DNA of 64,000 nucleotides from an uncultured Nitrospiraceae bacterium (GCA_963730935.1 CAVSTP010000004.1:928001-992000); one strand, 5' to 3'; shown: positions 10,654-22,185, counted from the first letter of the stretch. Notes: a model not told the origin generated them from the letters alone. Program-made: numbers and translations.

Positions 10654-10968
10654 ATGCGGACTTCAACAGTCGTGTTGCTGGCCACGGTGATGGCCCTGCA
10701 GCTGACAGCAGCAGGATGCGCGAAAAATGCGTCCGAGCGTCGAGCCGCGTCCCCGACCATGAGCGAGAGACTCTCGAAGGAATCGGTCAAAGGCCGGGTC
10801 AATGACATCGGCAACAAATATGTGTCGATCAGGAGCGACGACGGAGAGTCAAGACGTGTCCGAGTCGACGAGCATACGAAAATGGACCAGATGGCCGTCG
10901 GCGATCAGGTCAAGGCCTATGTCTCTGAAGACGGCTACGCCTCGACGATCCAACGTGTCGTCGACTGA
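10654..10968 (+). CDS. Small lipoprotein
   Basis: AAGGAGG RBS, lipobox AAGC. Confidence 0.75.
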   Translation: MRTSTVVLLATVMALQLTAAGCAKNASERRAASPTMSERLSKESVKGRVNDIGNKYVSIRSDDGESRRVRVDEHTKMDQMAVGDQVKAYVSEDGYASTIQRVVD

Positions 10969-10972
10969 CGGT

Positions 10973-11632
10973 ATGACCGCGCGCTACTGCATGCAATGTC
11001 TGCTGACGTCGGGGCTTTTGCTCGCGGCGGCAGCTGGTTGCACGAAAGCGGAATTCGTTCCGGACATCTCACTACCGGAAGCCCGCCCCATCATCGATGC
11101 GACTGCAGAGTTTCACGATATGTATCCGGCTCCTGCGCTGATTTCCGGGAAGGAAGGCTTCGGCCTGACGGGTCCAGACACGAAACATGTGCCGCCAAGG
11201 GAGCTGGCCCATCGGGTCCGGGACGAACTGATGGACGCCTTCGAGCAGGCCGGCGTGTTTACGAAAATCACATCCTTCGATCGGAACCCCGACTTGATTC
11301 TCACAGGGAGGATCAATTCGCTGTATGAGCATTACCGCCCGCGGATGTGGACGAGATTTCCTTTGCCGTATGCCGGCAAGATCGCAGCCGACATCCTGGA
11401 CTGGAAAACCCATGCCACCAATGGCGAAGCCGATCTCACGCTGTTTCTGCTGACAAGGGACGGCAAGCTGATCGGCACGTACCGCGGGTCATCGTCCTTC
11501 GACGAAAACTTCAATCCGACGGGCGAGATCGGCCCCGGCGAACGCCTCAACCGCGCGCTCACTGAGGCGGTCCACCAGATTCAAGAGAAGCTGCTCCGTG
11601 ACGCCCAGCTGAGAACCGTTGCAGCACGGTAG
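10973..11632 (+). CDS. Putative lipoprotein
   Basis: Lipobox AAGC after a hydrophobic stretch; follows the previous gene by 4 nt. Confidence 0.7.
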   Translation: MTARYCMQCLLTSGLLLAAAAGCTKAEFVPDISLPEARPIIDATAEFHDMYPAPALISGKEGFGLTGPDTKHVPPRELAHRVRDELMDAFEQAGVFTKITSFDRNPDLILTGRINSLYEHYRPRMWTRFPLPYAGKIAADILDWKTHATNGEADLTLFLLTRDGKLIGTYRGSSSFDENFNPTGEIGPGERLNRALTEAVHQIQEKLLRDAQLRTVAAR

Positions 11633-11780
11633 CCGATCATTACAGGACAGGGCCTCAGATGGTCGGTCCACTGGCGGGCGATCGGGGCACCGACTTCCTG
11701 CAGCCACCGGTTGATAGCGACTGGGAAGGAGCCCCACTCAGGGCTGTTCGGCACACATATTCCCTCCGCTGGCTCACGCT

Positions 11781-12170
11781 ATGACACGACGATACGATCA
11801 TATTGATCTCCGCGTGCACAGTCTCGACGAAGTACGACCGTTCTATGAAGCGGTCTTGCCCGCACTGGGCTTCACTCGCCGTGTGACCATCGAGGGATGG
11901 CTGCAATTCGAAGCCATCCAGCGGTCGGGGCCTGCGGACTTTTTTGGAGTCACTGAAGCGCCGCTACACCAGGCAAACGGCTGCCGTATCGCGTTTTGGG
12001 CTGAGAGCACGGCAGACGTCGATCGGTTGGCTGAGATCGCACGCCGTGCAGGCGCCCGCCACATCGAAGGACCGGGCTATGACGAAGGGCCGGGATATTA
12101 TGCCGTGTTCTTCGAGGATCCTAGTGGAAATCTGCTGGAAATTTGTCATCGCAGCGAAGGTATAACCTGA
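11781..12170 (+). CDS. VOC/glyoxalase family protein
   Basis: DHIDLRV...FYEAVL...YYAVFFEDPSGNLLEI. Confidence 0.9.
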   Translation: MTRRYDHIDLRVHSLDEVRPFYEAVLPALGFTRRVTIEGWLQFEAIQRSGPADFFGVTEAPLHQANGCRIAFWAESTADVDRLAEIARRAGARHIEGPGYDEGPGYYAVFFEDPSGNLLEICHRSEGIT

Positions 12171-12451
12171 AAACCCGGCGATACCGTGGCAGTCAGGGTC
12201 TCTCCTAGCGGCTGAGGCCTCCATTCCGTCAACGTCAACAGACAGTCTGTCCTGGCCGTCAACCGACGCGCGAAAGCGGTTCTTCGGAATTATAACTATT
12301 TACGTAATGCACCGAAGAGGCACGACTTTTGTACTACCTGCCTGTATCAGAAGCGTACACAGCTGTGTTTCTGATTATTCCTACATGAACTATTTTAGGT
12401 ATTTAGTTTTGCCTTGCTCCGCGGAACCGGTAGCGGACCTTGTGATGCGAG

Positions 12452-12640
12452 ATGGGATCGATGGCGAAATCAAACGATATTCTCGGCACGTTTGGGGAGA
12501 GCACACGCGCTTTGATCGAACTGCTCCACGAAAATCCAAGGCTCGAGATGGTGGAACAGATGTTCCTCGAGAGCCACCTAGCGCTCATCCGCACGGCCTA
12601 TGACGGTTGGAAGCGCCGCAATAACGCCTCTCAGAAATAA
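12452..12640 (+). CDS. Small helical hypothetical protein
   Basis: 62-aa ORF with plausible amphipathic composition. Confidence 0.5.
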   Translation: MGSMAKSNDILGTFGESTRALIELLHENPRLEMVEQMFLESHLALIRTAYDGWKRRNNASQK

Positions 12641-12897
12641 TCCGGCAGATCGTCCACCGCCGGCGATCTCTTCACCGCGGCGCACGAGCCCTGAACGGCT
12701 TCCACCCCTGCGATCGGGCGAAGGCAAGACAGGTTGGAGATTTGGGGTTCTTCCTAGGAAGCCCTCGGGCCCGACCCCCTTTATAAAGAGTAATAGGGAC
12801 GCAAGCGACGGCCTACGCACTCATGTTCACCTATTCTCAGGGCGGGCGGGTGAGATGTAAGATGTGCCGAGGCACACCTCCCGGCGTGTCGCCATTT

Positions 12898-13350
12898 CTA
12901 GCCTTTCATGCCCGACTCGAAGAAGAGTCCCCGGTTGATGTCGCCGATGCTGAGCATGCCGACGAGCTTCTGTCTATCGACAACTGGAATGCGGCGAAAG
13001 TTCTTCAGACCCATGTAGGAAGCGGCTTCGAGGATCGGGGCACCGGGAGCGACCGTGAGGGGATTCGACGTCATGATCTCCTCCACTTTCTTTCCGAGCA
13101 CCTCCGGATAGCCAGCTTCCATTTCTACAAAATCCCGACTATGCACGTTGTCGTGGATGTAGTCGCCGTAGTTGGGATACAGCGGCAGCAAGACATCGCG
13201 TAGCGTCACCATGCCGATGAGGCGACTGTCGCCTTCGACGACAGGAATGGCTCCGCAGTTGCGATTCATCATCTTCACCACTACGGATCTGACTGTATCC
13301 GATTTCACTGCCGTCACAATTCCGGTGGACATCACGTCATGGACACGCAT
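12898..13350 (-). CDS. CBS-domain pair protein
   Basis: VHDVM...GAIPVV...LIGMVT and VEEIMT...RRIPVV; AAGGAGG RBS. Confidence 0.9.
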   Translation of the reverse strand: MRVHDVMSTGIVTAVKSDTVRSVVVKMMNRNCGAIPVVEGDSRLIGMVTLRDVLLPLYPNYGDYIHDNVHSRDFVEMEAGYPEVLGKKVEEIMTSNPLTVAPGAPILEAASYMGLKNFRRIPVVDRQKLVGMLSIGDINRGLFFESGMKG

Positions 13351-13893
13351 GGCCGCCTCCTTAGATCGGATCAAACGACACGGGCGACCCTTCACATACG
13401 TGGAGGCCGCCCGTGTGTGGCGCTTGTGACGCCGAGTAGTCTATGTCGTTGTGCTGGCTCGAACCCGTGTGAGTGCGGGCGGTCTGAGAATTCATCAAGC
13501 GGGAGAGTCGTGTCTCCCCCAAGTGCTTGTGTTCATCACGCCGGCCTGCTTCTACGCACTTACTCCTTTCGTGGAGAGAAGTTCCCTTGGGGAACGACCG
13601 TGACTGTGTGGAGACGGCTAGCGTGATTGAAGGGATGTCCGCCCGCGCCTCCGCGGGTCTTCGTGGTCCGGTGGAATCAGGTCTGTCATGGCGACCTCCT
13701 CCTGGTTCGGAGAGTTTGGGAGGGAGTCAGCGAACCATTCCACCACTACGCTTCTTGGATCGGAGTGTCAACTGAGGAATTTCCCCGGTCCGTGCTTGAC
13801 GTAATCCAGCATAACCCATGCCATTTTCTTACACGATTGGAATTGGTTCAGATGAACAAAGACGAGGATCTTCGGGACCAGAAAGGAGGCAAC

Positions 13894-14322
13894 ATGAGTG
13901 AGAATTTCATCGCGAAAGCGTCGATTGCCATCAATGCCTCTCGCCAGGCCGTTTGGCAGGCGCTTATGAGCCCAGACGCGATCAAAGAATATATGTTCGG
14001 TGCCCGCGTCGATTCAGACTGGCGTGAAGGTAGCCCGATTTCGTGGAGAGGAGAATGGCAGGGCAAATCCTATGAAGACAAAGGGAACATTCTTCAAGTG
14101 AGACCCGAGCATAGACTTCAGTACAGTCATTATAGCCCTCTCTCAGGTCTTCCCGACACGCCCGAACATTACCATACGGTCACCATTGATCTGACAGGCA
14201 ACGGAATACGGACCGAGGTCATGCTCGCTCAAGATCACAACGCCACGGAAGCCGCACGGATGCATTCAGAGAAGAACTGGAAGATGATGCTGGACGGGCT
14301 GAAGAAATACGTCGAGAAGTGA
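13894..14322 (+). CDS. SRPBCC/AHSA1 domain protein
   Basis: INASRQAVWQAL...WKMMLDGLKKYVE; AGGAGG RBS. Confidence 0.88.
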   Translation: MSENFIAKASIAINASRQAVWQALMSPDAIKEYMFGARVDSDWREGSPISWRGEWQGKSYEDKGNILQVRPEHRLQYSHYSPLSGLPDTPEHYHTVTIDLTGNGIRTEVMLAQDHNATEAARMHSEKNWKMMLDGLKKYVEK

Positions 14323-14379
14323 GCCGAAGGCGAACGGGGCGTCGGAATGAATCCGGCGCCCCGTCTGACTCGACGACTA

Positions 14380-14844
14380 CTACTTCTCTGGACGGTCCAT
14401 CGCGCTTTGCGACTGGCTTTGGGTATTGCCCTGACCGCCTGAACGGTCCATCGTGCCCTGGGTCTGCCCAGTGCCTTTCTCTCCGACTCCCGATGGCAGA
14501 GGCGATCCACTCTGCGCACTTCCGGTCTGTCCTAGGCCAGACCGTTCCATCGTATTCTGGGTCTGCCCAGTGCCTTTCTCTCCGATGCCGGTCGGTTCAG
14601 AAGTCATACCCTTCTGTCCGGCTGCACCGGACCGCTCCAGGGTACTCTGTGTTTGCCCGGTCCCTCGTTCACCGATTCCGGCAGGCTCGGAACCCAGGCC
14701 TTGAGACGTCATCCCGCTTGTGCCAGAACCAGCGGACCCCGTTCCGGCCGAACCTCCTCCGGAGCCCGATTCAGCCAACGCAATGCCTGTCGCAAACAGG
14801 CTCGCGGCAGCGATCACGAATGCACCGAACGTCGCAGTCTTCAT
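14380..14844 (-). CDS. Secreted Gly/Ser/Thr-rich protein with three internal repeats
   Basis: Signal peptide ending ALA; G(I/V)GE(R/K)GTGQTQ.T..RSG x3. Confidence 0.75.
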   Translation of the reverse strand: MKTATFGAFVIAAASLFATGIALAESGSGGGSAGTGSAGSGTSGMTSQGLGSEPAGIGERGTGQTQSTLERSGAAGQKGMTSEPTGIGEKGTGQTQNTMERSGLGQTGSAQSGSPLPSGVGEKGTGQTQGTMDRSGGQGNTQSQSQSAMDRPEK

Positions 14845-14995
14845 GGCCAGCCCTCCCCTTGGATTGTGATAAATAGAGGCACCACCACCTCTTAAAATCA
14901 TAGGGGCCGGTCCGATGGCCACATACTAGGGAGACACCTAAGTCCGGCGGTCCGTGCGTCCCAGCGCATTCGGAACGCCGGCCTGCTCACCGGTC

Positions 14996-15298
14996 TCATT
15001 TCATCGCATGCGTGCCGTGGGTCACAGCGCTGCCTGCGCGTAACGCCGCGGCAGCCAGGACGGTTTCAGCGATCTCCGCATCAGAGGCATCGAGCTTTCT
15101 CGCGCGCTCCACATGCAGTTCGATGCAATAGGGACACTGGGTGGTCATGGCCACCGCCACGGCGATGAGCTCCTTATACTTCTTCGGAATGGCTCCGTCG
15201 CTCCATGCCGCCTTGTCGAAGACCAGAAACGCCTTCATCGCCTCCGGTGCGTGGGCTTCCAGCAGCTTGAACTTCTCGAGATTCTTCATGTCGTACAT
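14996..15298 (-). CDS. Carboxymuconolactone decarboxylase/AhpD-like protein
   Basis: KELIAVAVA...QCPYCIELH. Confidence 0.9.
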   Translation of the reverse strand: MYDMKNLEKFKLLEAHAPEAMKAFLVFDKAAWSDGAIPKKYKELIAVAVAMTTQCPYCIELHVERARKLDASDAEIAETVLAAAALRAGSAVTHGTHAMK

Positions 15299-15368
15299 GA
15301 CGGCCTCCTTTTTTTGCGAAGAACAATCTTGACCGATTACCCTGCATCGCGTTGCATCCCCGCAACGG

Positions 15369-16190
15369 CTATGCTCGAACGCCGATAACTTCCAGATATT
15401 CCGCATACACGGTGGTGTTGTCTATTCCTGCGCGGTTGTGCGCTGCCCAGAGCACTTCGAGCTCCCCGCGAAGTGTGTTCCGCCCATCGGCGTCAAGGGC
15501 CGCAAACGCTTGGTGAATAGGTCCATAGTAGAGCCGAAAGAGCTCCACCACGGCGGCCGGCGGAAACGAATACGAGAATGTATAGTGACGCCTGGTCAGA
15601 CGGAGTTCCGAGAGTCCCTGCCCCAACCGTTCACGAACCGTGGCTTCATCGCCCCACAAGACCGGCGAGGGCATGCCGGATGGCGCGATGAACTTCGACA
15701 CGGCTTTGAACAACTGTCCGACGAATCCCTGCGCGGTCCAATTCGCCATCGCAATGATTCCACCGGGCTTGCAGACGCGTAGCAGCTCCGCCGCGACGAG
15801 ATCCGGTCGCGGCGCGAACATGGCGCCGATCAGGCTCGTCACCACGTCGAACTGCGCATCGGCAAACGGAAGAGCCTCGGCATCGGCTTCCTCGAATCGA
15901 GCCCGGAGCCCCGCCGCTTTTGCGCGGGCACGTGCCCGCTCTACCAGGTTGATAGCGATGTCCACACCTGTCACTTCCAGCCCATCCTTCGCAGCCATCA
16001 AAGCCAGCTGGCCGGAGCCGCATGCGACATCGAGGAGTGTGCCACCTGGCGAGACGGGCAACCGCTCGTAGAACTCCCGCGCGCTATCCTCCAAATACCG
16101 TGAGAAAATATCGTAGTCGCCGGCCATCCAGATCATTTTGAGACGCGCCTTCAACCGCTCCACGTCCGTTGTGATTGCGCTGGTAGTCAT
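15369..16190 (-). CDS. Class I SAM-dependent methyltransferase
   Basis: LLDVACGSG, DAEALPF, GAMFAP. Confidence 0.9.
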   Translation of the reverse strand: MTTSAITTDVERLKARLKMIWMAGDYDIFSRYLEDSAREFYERLPVSPGGTLLDVACGSGQLALMAAKDGLEVTGVDIAINLVERARARAKAAGLRARFEEADAEALPFADAQFDVVTSLIGAMFAPRPDLVAAELLRVCKPGGIIAMANWTAQGFVGQLFKAVSKFIAPSGMPSPVLWGDEATVRERLGQGLSELRLTRRHYTFSYSFPPAAVVELFRLYYGPIHQAFAALDADGRNTLRGELEVLWAAHNRAGIDNTTVYAEYLEVIGVRA

Positions 16191-16366
16191 GGTCTTCCTC
16201 CTTTGTGAATGTCCCGTGAACAGCATGTGATGGGACTATAAGACCATTCTGTTCGGAGCAGCTTAGCCGGGAGTCTGGTTCTCTTGACGCAGGCGTGGTA
16301 CGCTCCCCGTCACTTGATTGGCCGTCCGGCTTTGTTTGCCAACCGGCGGGGCGTAGGGACGTTCCC

Positions 16367-17389
16367 ATGGATGTCTTGTCCGAAGTACTTGAGACCGTCA
16401 GACTCGACGGCGCGATGTTCTACAATGCGGAGTTTTCCTCGCCCTGGTGCTTCCGCTCTCCCCGCTCGAGCATGCTGTCTCCCTATCTCTCCGATGGACG
16501 CCGCCACGTCATCATCTTTCACTTGCTGACTGAAGGCCGCGGGTATGCGCATGTCGAGGGCGACGGCCGGCCGGTTGCACTCGATGCCGGAGACATTGTC
16601 ATCTTCCCGCACGGCGACCCACATATTCTGGGGAACGGCCCACCGGTGACTCCGGTGGACAACTCACGTGAATTGGAGCGTGTGCTCTCGCTCGGGTTGA
16701 AGCTCTCGCGCATGGGCGGAGGCGGTGAGCTCACCAAATTCATCTGCGGCTACATGACCTGCGAACCGCAGCTCAGCAGCGTGTTTCTTGGCGGGCTACC
16801 GCCGCTGATGAAAGTGAACATCCGCAACGGCCCGTCGGGGCAATGGCTGGAGCATTCGCTTCGCTATTCGGTGGACAATGCGGATCCGTCGAGTCCCGGT
16901 GCAGAAGCCGTCCTCGCCAAACTCTCCGAAGTGTTGTTCGTGGAAACCCTCCGACGGTATATAGAACTCTTGCCGCGGGAGCAGACCGGCTGGTTGGCCG
17001 GCGTACGAGATCCCGAGATCGGGAAGGCCCTGGCGCTCCTGCACCAGAAACCGGCGCATCCCTGGACCATCGCATCACTCGGCAGCGAGATCGGCATCTC
17101 ACGTTCGGTCCTCGCCGAACGGTTCCGGAGGTATCTGTCCGAGAGTCCTATGGCCTATCTTGCACAATGGCGTCTACGGCTGGGCGCGCAGCTGCTCAAA
17201 TCCACGAGCCGCAGCGTGGCGGAAATTGCCGCCGAGGTCGGCTACGAATCGGAACCCTCCTTCAATCGCGCCTTCAAAAGGCAGTTTGGCCTCCCACCGG
17301 CCCGCTTCCGGAGCCAGTTACGGGCGGCGCGCCGCACCTCCCCGGTCCAGACATCATCCCAGAGCCGAGTCGCCGTCAAAAGTCGCTGA
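16367..17389 (+). CDS. AraC-family regulator with Cupin_6 domain (RclR-like)
   Basis: MDVLSEVL start; C-terminal double HTH ending VGYESEPSFNRAFKR; divergent from the methyltransferase and AhpD genes. Confidence 0.92.
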   Translation: MDVLSEVLETVRLDGAMFYNAEFSSPWCFRSPRSSMLSPYLSDGRRHVIIFHLLTEGRGYAHVEGDGRPVALDAGDIVIFPHGDPHILGNGPPVTPVDNSRELERVLSLGLKLSRMGGGGELTKFICGYMTCEPQLSSVFLGGLPPLMKVNIRNGPSGQWLEHSLRYSVDNADPSSPGAEAVLAKLSEVLFVETLRRYIELLPREQTGWLAGVRDPEIGKALALLHQKPAHPWTIASLGSEIGISRSVLAERFRRYLSESPMAYLAQWRLRLGAQLLKSTSRSVAEIAAEVGYESEPSFNRAFKRQFGLPPARFRSQLRAARRTSPVQTSSQSRVAVKSR

Positions 17390-17504
17390 ACATCCGCGAA
17401 CGCTCCAATCACTCCTCCCTTCCTTGACAGCGTGGGAGACGGCCCGTATGCTCCATCTCACCTGTTCCGTCTCCATGGCTCGTTGCCAGGCGGGAGGGCC
17501 GCTC

Positions 17505-18848
17505 ATGTCGTCGTCTGGTCGACGTCCGTATTCGTGGGACCCCCGTTCGTTCCTGCTCTGCATTGGCCTCCTCCTCATCGTGATCTGTTCCGGACCGCCC
17601 GCGTCTTCAGCCGAACCATTTGTGACGGTCGCCACCTACGACGGCGTCATCAATCCTGTCGCCGCCGAGTACCTGCACGATGCCTTGGCATCCGCTGAAG
17701 CGGACAAGGCGCAGGCCTTAGTGATCGCTCTCAATACGCCGGGTGGCTTGGACAGCTCGATGCGGCTGATCATCAAGGACATCACGGGGTCGACCATTCC
17801 AGTGGCCGTCTATGTGTGGCCATCCAGCGGGCGGGCCGCATCCGCAGGCGTCTTTATCACGATGGCTGCTCATGTCGCGGCGATGGCTCCCGGAACGAAC
17901 ATTGGTGCGGCCCATCCGGTCAACATGGGCGGTGGCGAGATGGACAAGACCATGAAGGAGAAAGTCGAAAACGATTCCGTGGCCTACATCAAGTCCATTG
18001 CACAGCAACACGGGCGGAATGCTGCATGGGCGGAGGACGCGGTGCGCAAGAGCGTTTCGATCACGGAGCGCGAGGCACTGAAGCTGAACGTGATCGATGT
18101 GGTCGCGGAAGATGTTCAGTCGCTGCTGAAGCAATTGGACGGGCGCAAAATTCACCTCCCCTCCGGCCCCACGGTGTTGAAGACCGCCGGGGCAGGCCTG
18201 CGGGAATTCCCCATGGGAGTTCGCCTGGAGTGGCTGAAGGCCATCAGCGATCCGAACATCGCCTATTTGCTGATGACGATTGGGACCATCGGCATCATCG
18301 CGGAGCTCTATAGTCCCGGAGCGATCCTCCCGGGCATCGTCGGCGCGATCAGTCTGATTCTCGCGTTCTATGCCTTCCAGTCGTTGCCGGTGAATTACGC
18401 CGGCATGCTGCTCTTCTTGTTGGGGATTGTGTTTTTCGTGCTGGAAGCCAGCGTGACGAGCTACGGCTTGTTGGCCATCGGAGGCGTGATTTCGATGCTC
18501 ATCGGCTCGGTGATGCTCATCAAGAGCGATGCCGAGTTTTTTCAGATTTCCTGGGCGGTGATTCTACCGGTCGTCACGCTTGCCTCGGCATTCACGCTCC
18601 TGGTGATCGGCACAGGCATTAATGCCCTGCGGCGCCGGCCGGCCACCGGCCGCGAGGAAATGATCGGCCTGGTGGGCGTCGCCAGAACGGCGCTTGCACC
18701 GGACGGCCAACTCGCAGTGCGCGGTGAGTTGTGGGAAGCGGTCAGCGACCAACCCGTCTCCGCAGGCGATGAAGTCGAAGTCACCGCGGTGGATGGCTTG
18801 CGATTACGCGTCAAACCTTATTTCAAGAAGAAAGAGGTCAGAGCATGA
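17505..18848 (+). CDS. nfeD: NfeD family membrane-bound serine protease
   Basis: NTPGG, AASAG, GAAHPV motifs and C-terminal OB fold; overlaps the stomatin gene; start approximate. Confidence 0.88.
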   Translation: MSSSGRRPYSWDPRSFLLCIGLLLIVICSGPPASSAEPFVTVATYDGVINPVAAEYLHDALASAEADKAQALVIALNTPGGLDSSMRLIIKDITGSTIPVAVYVWPSSGRAASAGVFITMAAHVAAMAPGTNIGAAHPVNMGGGEMDKTMKEKVENDSVAYIKSIAQQHGRNAAWAEDAVRKSVSITEREALKLNVIDVVAEDVQSLLKQLDGRKIHLPSGPTVLKTAGAGLREFPMGVRLEWLKAISDPNIAYLLMTIGTIGIIAELYSPGAILPGIVGAISLILAFYAFQSLPVNYAGMLLFLLGIVFFVLEASVTSYGLLAIGGVISMLIGSVMLIKSDAEFFQISWAVILPVVTLASAFTLLVIGTGINALRRRPATGREEMIGLVGVARTALAPDGQLAVRGELWEAVSDQPVSAGDEVEVTAVDGLRLRVKPYFKKKEVRA

Positions 18849-19624
18849 ATCTCGCGAGTCCATTTGCCCTACTCTTCCTGGGACTGGTGCTGATCCTCAT
18901 GGGCTTCAATGTCCTGCGGGAATACGAGCGGGCCGTCATCTTCCGCTGGGGACGGCTAGCCCGCGGCCTCGTCGGCGGCAACGGACCGGGCGTCGTCATC
19001 ATTATTCCGTTCATCGACAAGCTCGTGCGCGTCAGCTTGCGCACCGTCGCCATGGACGTCCCCCCACAGGACGTGATCACCAGGGACAACGTCACGGTGA
19101 AGGTCAATGCGGTGATCTATTTCCGCGTGGTCGATCAAGAACGGGCGATCATCCAAGTCGAAGACTATCTCTACGCCACCTCGATGATGTCGCAGACGAC
19201 GCTGCGCAGCGTGCTTGGGCAGAGCCAGCTGGACGACTTGTTGTCGAAGCGCGAACAGATCAACGCCGAGTTGCAGCGGATCATCGACCAACAGACGGAG
19301 CCCTGGGGCGTGAAGGTCACCGCCGTCGAGGTCAAGAACGTGGATCTGCCGCAGGAAATGCAGCGGGCGATCGCACGGCAGGCGGAAGCGGAACGCGAAC
19401 GGCGGGCGAAGGTCATCCACGCCCAAGGTGAATTCGAGGCCTCGCAGCGGCTCGCCGATGCTGCGGACGTTATCAGCCGGAATCCTGCAGCCCTGCAGCT
19501 CCGCTACTTACAGACGCTCGTCGAGATCGCCGCCGAAAAAAATTCGACGACGATTTTCCCCATTCCCATCGATACCATCGCGCCGTTCTTCAAGCACATG
19601 GGGAAGCAGTCGGAGTCTTCCTGA
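18845..19624 (+). CDS. Stomatin/SPFH (slipin) family protein
   Basis: [37 protein letters not shown]. Confidence 0.95.
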   Translation: MNLASPFALLFLGLVLILMGFNVLREYERAVIFRWGRLARGLVGGNGPGVVIIIPFIDKLVRVSLRTVAMDVPPQDVITRDNVTVKVNAVIYFRVVDQERAIIQVEDYLYATSMMSQTTLRSVLGQSQLDDLLSKREQINAELQRIIDQQTEPWGVKVTAVEVKNVDLPQEMQRAIARQAEAERERRAKVIHAQGEFEASQRLADAADVISRNPAALQLRYLQTLVEIAAEKNSTTIFPIPIDTIAPFFKHMGKQSESS

Positions 19625-20831
19625 GCCGTTCCACCGCCGCAGTAGGTGGACGGTCGAGCCGCAGTAGCCGAATGATCCACGGAATCGGCGGCCCTTGGAG
19701 TAGCACCGAGGAGAGCGCGATGAAAAACACGAGATGGAAGATCGTATCCGCCTGTTGAATGCCGGCCAATACCGGAAAGGTCGCGAGCACCACCGGCACG
19801 GCTCCGCGAAGTCCGACCCACGCGATCAGTGTTTGTTCGCGAAATGATAAGCGGGAGAACGCCAGCGCGACGTGCACGCTAAACGGACGTGCGACGAGGA
19901 TCAGAAAGAGCGACACCAGCAGGCCGATGCCTGCGATGGGCAGCAGCCTTGCCGGAAATACTTGTAGGCCGAGAATCAAGAACATCGTAATCTGCATCAG
20001 CCAGGCCAACCCATCGTGAAAGTGCACGAGGCTCCGCTGATGGGCGACCGGCCGTCGACGCACGAAGAGTCCGGCGAGGTACACCGCGAGAAACCCGCTG
20101 CCCTGCAATTCGGCCGTCAAGCCGTAGGTCAGGAGCGCGAAAGCGACCGACAGCACCGGATAGATTCCCCTCAGTTCGAGCTTCAACGTATTGAGCGTCC
20201 ACCGCATGAGTTCGCCCATGGCCACGCCGAGCACCGCGCCGACCGTCATTTGAATGACAAAAAATCCCAGCAGCTCCCACAACGAGGTGGCAGGATTGGT
20301 CAGCAATTGGATGATGGCGAGAGTCAACACCACCCCCATGGGGTCATTGCTGCCGGATTCCAGCTCGAGCAGATTGGCCAAGGTCGGGGGAAGCTTCGCG
20401 TTTCTGGCCCGTAGCACCATGAACACCGCGGCGGCATCCGTCGAGGAGACGATTGCCCCCAGCAAGAGCCCCTCGAGAAACGACCACCCTTGGACCACCG
20501 AGACGAACCATCCCACCAAGAGAGCCGTGAGCAACACCCCGATGGTCGACAGCGACAAGCCATTCCACAGCACTAGCCGCACGCTGTTCCATTCCGTGTC
20601 CAAGCCGCCGGAAAACAGGATCAACACCAGCGCAATCACTCCCAGCGTTTGCACGAGTTGGGGATTGTCGAAGTACAAACCGCCCGGCCCATCGGAGCCG
20701 GCCAGCATTCCGATTACAAGAAACAGCACCAGGGATGGAATCCCGAAACGGACGGACAGCTTGATCGTAAAGATACTGAGGATGATGAGCGCAGAAAAGA
20801 TAATGAATAGGGCCTCAATCGATGTGGGCAT
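19590..20831 (-). CDS. K+/H+ antiporter, CPA1 family (NhaP2/CvrA-like, no C-terminal cytoplasmic domains)
   Basis: [26 protein letters not shown]. Confidence 0.9.
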   Translation of the reverse strand: MPTSIEALFIIFSALIILSIFTIKLSVRFGIPSLVLFLVIGMLAGSDGPGGLYFDNPQLVQTLGVIALVLILFSGGLDTEWNSVRLVLWNGLSLSTIGVLLTALLVGWFVSVVQGWSFLEGLLLGAIVSSTDAAAVFMVLRARNAKLPPTLANLLELESGSNDPMGVVLTLAIIQLLTNPATSLWELLGFFVIQMTVGAVLGVAMGELMRWTLNTLKLELRGIYPVLSVAFALLTYGLTAELQGSGFLAVYLAGLFVRRRPVAHQRSLVHFHDGLAWLMQITMFLILGLQVFPARLLPIAGIGLLVSLFLILVARPFSVHVALAFSRLSFREQTLIAWVGLRGAVPVVLATFPVLAGIQQADTIFHLVFFIALSSVLLQGPPIPWIIRLLRLDRPPTAAVERLRKTPTASPCA

Positions 20832-20856
20832 CGTTTTTCCTAGAAATCGAGCTTCC

Positions 20857-22035
20857 TTACGCGCTGCCTTGGATGATTTCCTGGTAGTACGTGTGCAACA
20901 TGCCGGCGCGCGCCGGTTCCACGAGCACGAGTTGCCGTTGATCGAAGGTATTGGCGCAATAGAGATAGCGCAACCCTTCAGCCGTTCCCAGTTCGACGTG
21001 CAATTGTCGGCCGTCGGATTCTTCCCCGGTGTCCTGTCGGATCACGGTCTTGTCATTGAGCTGCTCCCACACCCCCTGAGCGGACGGCCAATGGTTCTCG
21101 TAGAGCGGGCTGTCCGTTGCCGACGTTGCGGTCCGCACGGGTGTCCTGTCGAAGGGACGCCCCTCGTCGGGTTCTGGTTCCTCATTCCAGGCGATGTCAT
21201 TTCCCTTCCCCCGTCTCAGCACAAAGAGCGGACCGTCGTCAGACACCTCTTCGACCAAGGCATAGCGGACCAGCTGCGGCTGCTCGAACAGCTGCAGACC
21301 GCGCGCCGCAAATGCGCGTTGCAGCGGAATGCGCCGCCCGAGCTGCCGGGTCTTTTCGAATACCATCATGCTCCCGGAGGCACTCATGGCGTCCAACAAG
21401 CGGTCGAGACGGGGCCCCAGGCCCGTGCGCCGCTCAAATGCCGATTGTGCCGTCGCGTCGTGCGCCCTCTCAAAGCTCCTCCAACTCGAGCTCGGAAGGC
21501 CGGGATCCTGTTCGGATTGAACCAACGCATGCGTGGCGACGATACAGTCATACGTCCCGCTCGGGGAACCTGCGTCCACATCCCCGTACTCAAACCGCAC
21601 ATTCTCGAGATGGAAAGTCTCGGCTTTTCGCTGGGCCGCGGCAATGGACGCGCGCGAACGGTCGATACCGAGCACCCGCGCGTGGGGATAGCGGCGGGCG
21701 TAAAACGTCGTGAGAATCCCCGGGCCGCAGCCGAAATCAAGAATCGTCGTGGCGTGGCGAAGCCGCTCTGCGACGAGCGGTCCGATGGCCGCATAGTAGT
21801 CGTATCGCTGGCTGTAGAGGACCGGCAGAATCCGTGGGGCAGCAGAAAGATCGTAGAATGCGGTTTCGTTCTCAGAGGTTCCCTGCCGCTTTTTTTCGAC
21901 ATGCACATGCAACGCCGCGATGTCGTCTGCAGACAAGCCTTGGCGCTGCCACTGAAAATATGTCTCGTCGCTGGTGAACCGCCGAAGCCCCCACTCGTGG
22001 AGATGGGCTTCAAGATCCCCAAATAGCTGGCCCAT
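20857..22035 (-). CDS. SAM-dependent methyltransferase domain protein
   Basis: ILDFGCGPG motif. Confidence 0.75.
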   Translation of the reverse strand: MGQLFGDLEAHLHEWGLRRFTSDETYFQWQRQGLSADDIAALHVHVEKKRQGTSENETAFYDLSAAPRILPVLYSQRYDYYAAIGPLVAERLRHATTILDFGCGPGILTTFYARRYPHARVLGIDRSRASIAAAQRKAETFHLENVRFEYGDVDAGSPSGTYDCIVATHALVQSEQDPGLPSSSWRSFERAHDATAQSAFERRTGLGPRLDRLLDAMSASGSMMVFEKTRQLGRRIPLQRAFAARGLQLFEQPQLVRYALVEEVSDDGPLFVLRRGKGNDIAWNEEPEPDEGRPFDRTPVRTATSATDSPLYENHWPSAQGVWEQLNDKTVIRQDTGEESDGRQLHVELGTAEGLRYLYCANTFDQRQLVLVEPARAGMLHTYYQEIIQGSA

Positions 22036-22185
22036 AATGATCTCGTCTTCCGGCCGCAGTCGGCCGTGTGGGCAAACAATCCCGGAGCATCCCCTGTATC
22101 AGGCGCCGGCACACGTGGCTGCTCTGGCGCGTGAAGGTGATTTGAGCAACTGAGAGACGAAGTGGAAGAGCGTCTTCAGCGGCGG

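Noticed and set aside
12452..12640. Membership of the 62-aa ORF in the CERL microprotein family
   Set aside because: Similarity limited to a general helical pattern; not supportable without a profile search.
14996..17389. AraC-methyltransferase-AhpD cluster as a novel system
   Set aside because: Resembles known RclR-type divergent oxidative/chlorine stress arrangements.
20254..22026. 590-aa + strand ORF
   Set aside because: Antisense shadow of the antiporter and methyltransferase genes; no recognisable motifs.
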